Shown: positions 14,312-18,544 of the stretch, one piece after another
Layout of the letters: each line of letters starts with the position of its first letter
Position numbering within the stretch: the stretch's first letter is position 1
Assembly: GCA_035289485.1 (NCBI GenBank)
Contig: DATDXA010000054.1
Location: 1 to 18,544, forward strand
DNA: 18,544 nt
Source: an archaeon
GTDB lineage: Archaea > Iainarchaeota > Iainarchaeia > Iainarchaeales > Iainarchaeaceae
Reading direction: 5' to 3'
Notes under the pieces: generated by a model
Told to the model about the DNA's origin: nothing
Databases searched by the model: none
What the model saw: the letters and a program-made list of their open reading frames with translations, nothing else
Made by a program: the position numbers and the translations under genes

Positions 14312-17300
14312 ATGGTCAAATTCAATAGGTTTGCTTTAGGTTTTTTGATTTTAGCGGCTTTCCTTGTAGTGCTTAGTGTTTTTGTTTTTGCAGCAAGCCT
14401 GCCGAATTCATCGCAGCCATATGCGCCTTATACTTTGCAGCCTGTGACATTGGATGCCCAGCGCCAAGCTATATTTACCCAGCGTGAAGGTACTGATGCT
14501 GAAGTTGTTTTCCTTCTCAAGTCGCTAAAAAATCTAGGTGTTGAAGGGAGTATCACTTCAAAAGATGTCACTTTAAAAGTCCCAAATGATGTGCTGCTTT
14601 TTCATTTCTATTACAAAGAAGGAAAGCGTATTTATCTTTGCTCTTATTCATACGATGTAAGTTCCGGTGTCGGGTTGCGTGATGACCCTAAAACTTGCCT
14701 GCTGGATTCCGCTAAAAACTATAAGGGCGAGCCATGGCACGATGAGTTGCAGTTTAAGGCAAATACTGGTTCGCCTGTAACTGTCCGTTTGGGAAATTAC
14801 AGCCAGGATGTCATTTCAGATGTTTACCTAAATGGCGCTGACACAAGCATTATATTTGAACTAGCTGACGCCTCGCCCGATGCAAAATATTACTGTAAAC
14901 CTGATAACTCAGTTTGCTTTTTTTTAAGCGGGGATGAACAAAGTGACATGTCAATAGATGTCCGAAGCATCTGGCTGGCGGTTAAAACAAACAGCATACC
15001 TGCACAAAATACAATTTCTTGCACAACAATATCACAATGCCTCGCGCGCATTGACAGGAACCTTATTGACAATCTAATCGGGAAATTAAGCGCTTCGGGG
15101 CCTGCTTCCATTGCAGGTCAGCAAATCCCGCCTCCTCCTGATGGCTCCGCACAACCCCCTACTTCTCCAAATCAACCGAATGTTCCCGACCAAAAGCCTG
15201 CTGCACAGCAAAATGGCGTGTCATTCAAGGCAGAGGCGTTTTATGATGATTTTGACATGGCAGGCGATTTTGGCAAATTTGGCGCCAACGGATTCGATGA
15301 CATGTTTGTCAAATTGTTTATTGAGTCCCAAGCCCCGTTGACAATAAAAGAAATTTTATTAAAAAGCGACTCTGCAGTCTGGTCAACAAGATATCCAGAA
15401 TCTTATCCTCTCGTAGTGTCAAAAAGTCATGCCCTTCCCTCTCCTTACAATTCCAACTATGTCGAAAACCTGGACCTACGATTGCTCGCTGGCCCAAGCC
15501 AGATTTACCTTTACGGCGACAGTTCTCTTCTTAGTAATTTCACGCAGTTCAAGGGCGGCTATCTTTTGGTAGTCGATGGAAACAATGAGCTGTTTGAAAT
15601 TGATGTTCCAGCAAAGACCCTGACCTTTTACACCGGCATGCCTGTTAGCGGCGCAGCAGACACTTCACAATCCAAACCAAACCCTCCTGATAACCAGATT
15701 ATCGGCCCGCCTGCTCCGGACGCGATTGTTACCGGCAATCTTGTGACGCTTCTTGGCAAGGACTATGTCGGAAAGAACGGCGATTGGAAGCCGGACGGGA
15801 TTGAGGATGAGCAGTATGAAATCCAGGTGAACCTGGTTTCCCCCAAATCAATCAAGGCAATAGAAATTTATGAAGGCTCCGGGTCCGCACCCGAAGAGCG
15901 CGATTTGGTTTCCACGCAGGCGGAGTTTGCGTATCCACTTGTTGCTTTTTCCGGAACCACGCAAATCAACAATTCACCTTCCGATGACTTCGGTTTTCCA
16001 TTGCCAGCCGGAATATCTGGGCTTACCCTGTTTGGCTCCGGAATGGGGAAAGGATTTTATGAATATGATTCCATAAAAAAAACTTATTCCGCCTCCAGGA
16101 CAGAAGCCCTCATACAGGTATTTTTCACGGACGGCACATATGCCAATGGAAACATTCCCGCCAAAGTATTTACCCTGACAAAGGAGCAGTACGATAGCCT
16201 TGCGGGCGGTACGCCCGCTGCGGGAACTTCATCAAAGCCGCCTTCCAGTTCAGGAATTAACCTCGTTGAAAGCAGCAATGGTGCCTTCATACTCTACCCA
16301 TACAAGGGTGCCACGAGGACATCGCTTGACACCGGGGGCTGGGGTGGCATTGGGGTTTCAGGCAGGCAGGTCAATCCAGGTAATGGCATTTACTTTTATG
16401 GCGAGACGCAGGGAAACCAGTTCTATTTCGCCCGCCTTGAAGTCCTTCCAGGGTCCTTTGTTCAGCCGATGATAATGAAATACGACGATGAGTCCGGTGT
16501 AGAGGGTCGGTGGGAAAACGATGGCAGCCCCGTTAAAAATACTGCCTGGTTCTCGGAAAGTGATTTCACTTACGGGCCGATTATTTCCAAAAGCGAGCAG
16601 GAAAGCGGCGGAATAAATTTCCACGATTACAGGGCTTCGCCTGATGGTACCTTGCTCTATACAAAAACAGTGAAGGATTTCGAGGCGCAGCTTTTGGGTT
16701 CTCAGAACACCGCACTGGACCTTTCCGAACTTAAACGGCTTTTATACAATGATGCGCTGGCAAAAAACCCAGGTCTCAAAGTAAGCGCGGAAGTTGAAAA
16801 TACAATCACATCTCTGCCAAAAAACACTAATGATAGTTTATCCCCGCATCCGGGAACCATGGGTTCACGTTACATACGGCATATTACCAAGACCTATACA
16901 AAATCATCGGTTCAAAGTTTGGCTAGGCGAATTATTTCAGACCGTGCTTACGTCGCCGATGTGAGCAAAATCATTTCATTCGGACCTTCAATCGGCATTG
17001 GCATTGTTGACATCACCTCAAATGGAACTGTAAGCGTAACATGGGCTGTTTCAGAAGTGCCTGTTACGGGTGCAAATGACGCATCATCCCAATCTACTAC
17101 CAAAGCACCCCAAAACCAGCCCGCCGCTTTCCCGGCAGGCTGGAAGCTTTCCGAATTGCAGCTGGCTTTGTATAAGGATTTGATTGCCAAAAGCCCCGGC
17201 CTCAAGGCGGACCCGGAAATTGAAAAGCTCACAAGCACGATGCCGCACACAAGCGATTTTATTGTCGGCTACAAATCCGGCGCATCCGGCACATATTTCA

Positions 17301-18433
17301 TCTACTATATCACCAAATCCTATGCAAAAGATTCGCCAGAAAATTTGATGAAAAAAATATCCGCGGATCCCTTTTATGCCTATATCCTCGATACCCTCAA
17401 AAAGTCCCCGACCATCAAATCAGTTGGCATTAACGTAGACCTCATCGCCCCTACCGGGGACATAGTTGTTAAGTGGGCATTCTCAGATAAGCCAGGAGTG
17501 GCGGGGTTGCCATCAGCTGGAGCCCAGGTGCCAGCGGCAACCGAGGTGCAAAAATTGGATTACACCTGGACAAGCGGTGGCGCATATGTGCCGGTTCTGG
17601 AAAATGCGGAAGGCACCGCCACTCCGGCCACGGACCAGTCCGGAACAAATCACCCGAGAACTTTCCTGCCCGCCGAGCCCGCGCTTCCTGATGCTCAGGC
17701 GCCCATGACAATTTCCGCAGAGCCTTTGCACTACGTCTGGACAAGCGGTGGCGCATATGTGCCTGAACTCGAAAGGCCTGAGAGCACCAACACTCCCGCC
17801 CCGCCCGCAATAAGCCGCACAAGGGACTTCAACCCCGCGGAATTCTTCCTTAACAGTTCCCAAACTGCGTCCACCAATACGCCTCCTGCAGAACTATCTT
17901 CACCCCAAGTGACAAATACTCTGCCAAGTGTAAGTGCAGTGGAGCCCACGTCTCTCAAATCAGATGTTGTTTCAGGCATTTTTGAAATCGGGGCGATAAA
18001 CAGCAGGAATCCTTCCCTTCCGAAATTGTGGCGTGATTCGCAGCTCGAAAAAATCGCCACTGAAGTGGCCGGATATGCCGCCTCTGCGCCAAGCAACAAA
18101 CCGCTGGACATTGAAACTGTAATCAACAACACCTCAATAAGGCAAAAGATATTGGATTATGGCACGCAGCCGACCATACTTGGGTTTATCCCTTATGGCT
18201 CCAAAATTCCTGCGTTAAATGAGTACGGCTTCGACTACATAGTGGTTCCCCAATCTGAAATAATACAATTCGCAGAGCCTTATATCGGAAAGTTCGGGTC
18301 AATGCCTTTCCCGCGCCCAGAATTGTCCAAATACCTCCAGGGCGAAAAATACAACCTGATTGGTGCAGGTGCAACGAGAGGCACCAACAACACGTGGCAT
18401 ATAATCATCTTTTACGGCGAAGGCAAGAAGTAA
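14312..18433 (+). CDS. Large secreted/surface multidomain protein, 1373 aa, with duplicated beta-rich domains and C-terminal CAP/SCP-like domain(s)
   Basis: Signal peptide MVKFNRFALGFLILAAFLVVLSVFVFA. Pro/Ser/Thr/Gln linkers separate domains. C-terminal INSRNPSLPKLWRDSQLEKIATEVA...YNLIGAGATRGTNNTWHIIIFYG resembles the CAP pattern. The CDS is secure; the domain call is tentative. Confidence 0.85.
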   Translation: MVKFNRFALGFLILAAFLVVLSVFVFAASLPNSSQPYAPYTLQPVTLDAQRQAIFTQREGTDAEVVFLLKSLKNLGVEGSITSKDVTLKVPNDVLLFHFYYKEGKRIYLCSYSYDVSSGVGLRDDPKTCLLDSAKNYKGEPWHDELQFKANTGSPVTVRLGNYSQDVISDVYLNGADTSIIFELADASPDAKYYCKPDNSVCFFLSGDEQSDMSIDVRSIWLAVKTNSIPAQNTISCTTISQCLARIDRNLIDNLIGKLSASGPASIAGQQIPPPPDGSAQPPTSPNQPNVPDQKPAAQQNGVSFKAEAFYDDFDMAGDFGKFGANGFDDMFVKLFIESQAPLTIKEILLKSDSAVWSTRYPESYPLVVSKSHALPSPYNSNYVENLDLRLLAGPSQIYLYGDSSLLSNFTQFKGGYLLVVDGNNELFEIDVPAKTLTFYTGMPVSGAADTSQSKPNPPDNQIIGPPAPDAIVTGNLVTLLGKDYVGKNGDWKPDGIEDEQYEIQVNLVSPKSIKAIEIYEGSGSAPEERDLVSTQAEFAYPLVAFSGTTQINNSPSDDFGFPLPAGISGLTLFGSGMGKGFYEYDSIKKTYSASRTEALIQVFFTDGTYANGNIPAKVFTLTKEQYDSLAGGTPAAGTSSKPPSSSGINLVESSNGAFILYPYKGATRTSLDTGGWGGIGVSGRQVNPGNGIYFYGETQGNQFYFARLEVLPGSFVQPMIMKYDDESGVEGRWENDGSPVKNTAWFSESDFTYGPIISKSEQESGGINFHDYRASPDGTLLYTKTVKDFEAQLLGSQNTALDLSELKRLLYNDALAKNPGLKVSAEVENTITSLPKNTNDSLSPHPGTMGSRYIRHITKTYTKSSVQSLARRIISDRAYVADVSKIISFGPSIGIGIVDITSNGTVSVTWAVSEVPVTGANDASSQSTTKAPQNQPAAFPAGWKLSELQLALYKDLIAKSPGLKADPEIEKLTSTMPHTSDFIVGYKSGASGTYFIYYITKSYAKDSPENLMKKISADPFYAYILDTLKKSPTIKSVGINVDLIAPTGDIVVKWAFSDKPGVAGLPSAGAQVPAATEVQKLDYTWTSGGAYVPVLENAEGTATPATDQSGTNHPRTFLPAEPALPDAQAPMTISAEPLHYVWTSGGAYVPELERPESTNTPAPPAISRTRDFNPAEFFLNSSQTASTNTPPAELSSPQVTNTLPSVSAVEPTSLKSDVVSGIFEIGAINSRNPSLPKLWRDSQLEKIATEVAGYAASAPSNKPLDIETVINNTSIRQKILDYGTQPTILGFIPYGSKIPALNEYGFDYIVVPQSEIIQFAEPYIGKFGSMPFPRPELSKYLQGEKYNLIGAGATRGTNNTWHIIIFYGEGKK
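17566..17763 (+). repeat. Perfect 27-bp direct repeat in frame within the large CDS (encodes WTSGGAYVP)
   Basis: CTGGACAAGCGGTGGCGCATATGTGCC at 17566-17592 and 17737-17763, period 171 nt (57 codons). Confidence 0.95.
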
Positions 18434-18511
18434 TGCCAAAAACAAAAGTTGTTTAGTTTAACCCCGCAACATTTTCTATCGGCTTATTCCCAATTTCTGC
18501 CGCCGCACGCC

Positions 18512-18542
18512 TTTTAAACTGTTCGCTGTTAACGAACATATG
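18512..18542 (+). promoter_or_regulatory. Probable promoter of the next gene (ATG 18540, at window edge) with palindrome TGTTCG-N7-CGAACA
   Basis: TTTTAAA at 18512-18518 is 22-28 nt before ATG 18540. The palindrome at 18520-18538 fills the gap between them. Confidence 0.5.
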
Positions 18543-18544
18543 TT

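Noticed and set aside
17566..17763. Template/variable repeat pair of a diversity-generating retroelement
   Set aside because: The copies are short and identical with no adenine-specific mismatches, and no reverse transcriptase is in the window.
18433..18456. ATG overlapping the stop of the giant gene (TAATG), suggesting a coupled downstream gene
   Set aside because: The frame closes after 7 codons (MPKTKVV, TAG).

Overview
Archaeal chromosomal region, most consistent with a DPANN archaeon (possibly Diapherotrites/Iainarchaeota; lineage is inference). Archaeal origin is supported by TATA boxes 21-32 nt upstream of many ATGs, a GGTGA-type ribosome-binding site, an archaeal-type GlmU beta-helix domain and a tRNA gene without encoded CCA. 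From left to right the window holds: an amino-sugar operon (3' end of glmS, glmM, a stand-alone GlmU acetyltransferase domain); an orphan basic protein; a 1096-aa HerA/FtsK-family (DUF87-like) ATPase with a long acidic N-terminus; a DUF2061-like membrane protein; an AlkD-like DNA alkylation repair protein; tRNA-Ala(CGC) with a non-canonical elbow followed by a long hairpin; a 75-aa two-helix membrane protein; an AT-rich class II Fic protein; a fused long-form guaA; and four uncharacterised genes (a lipoprotein with 16 two-cysteine repeats, a 426-aa basic protein, a glycine-zipper membrane protein and a 1373-aa secreted protein with duplicated domains). The strongest non-coding signal is an array of 11-bp-arm inverted repeats upstream of fic, one arm of which covers the fic ribosome-binding site. 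No CRISPR array, integrase or transposase was found. Family assignments come from motif recognition only; no searches were run.
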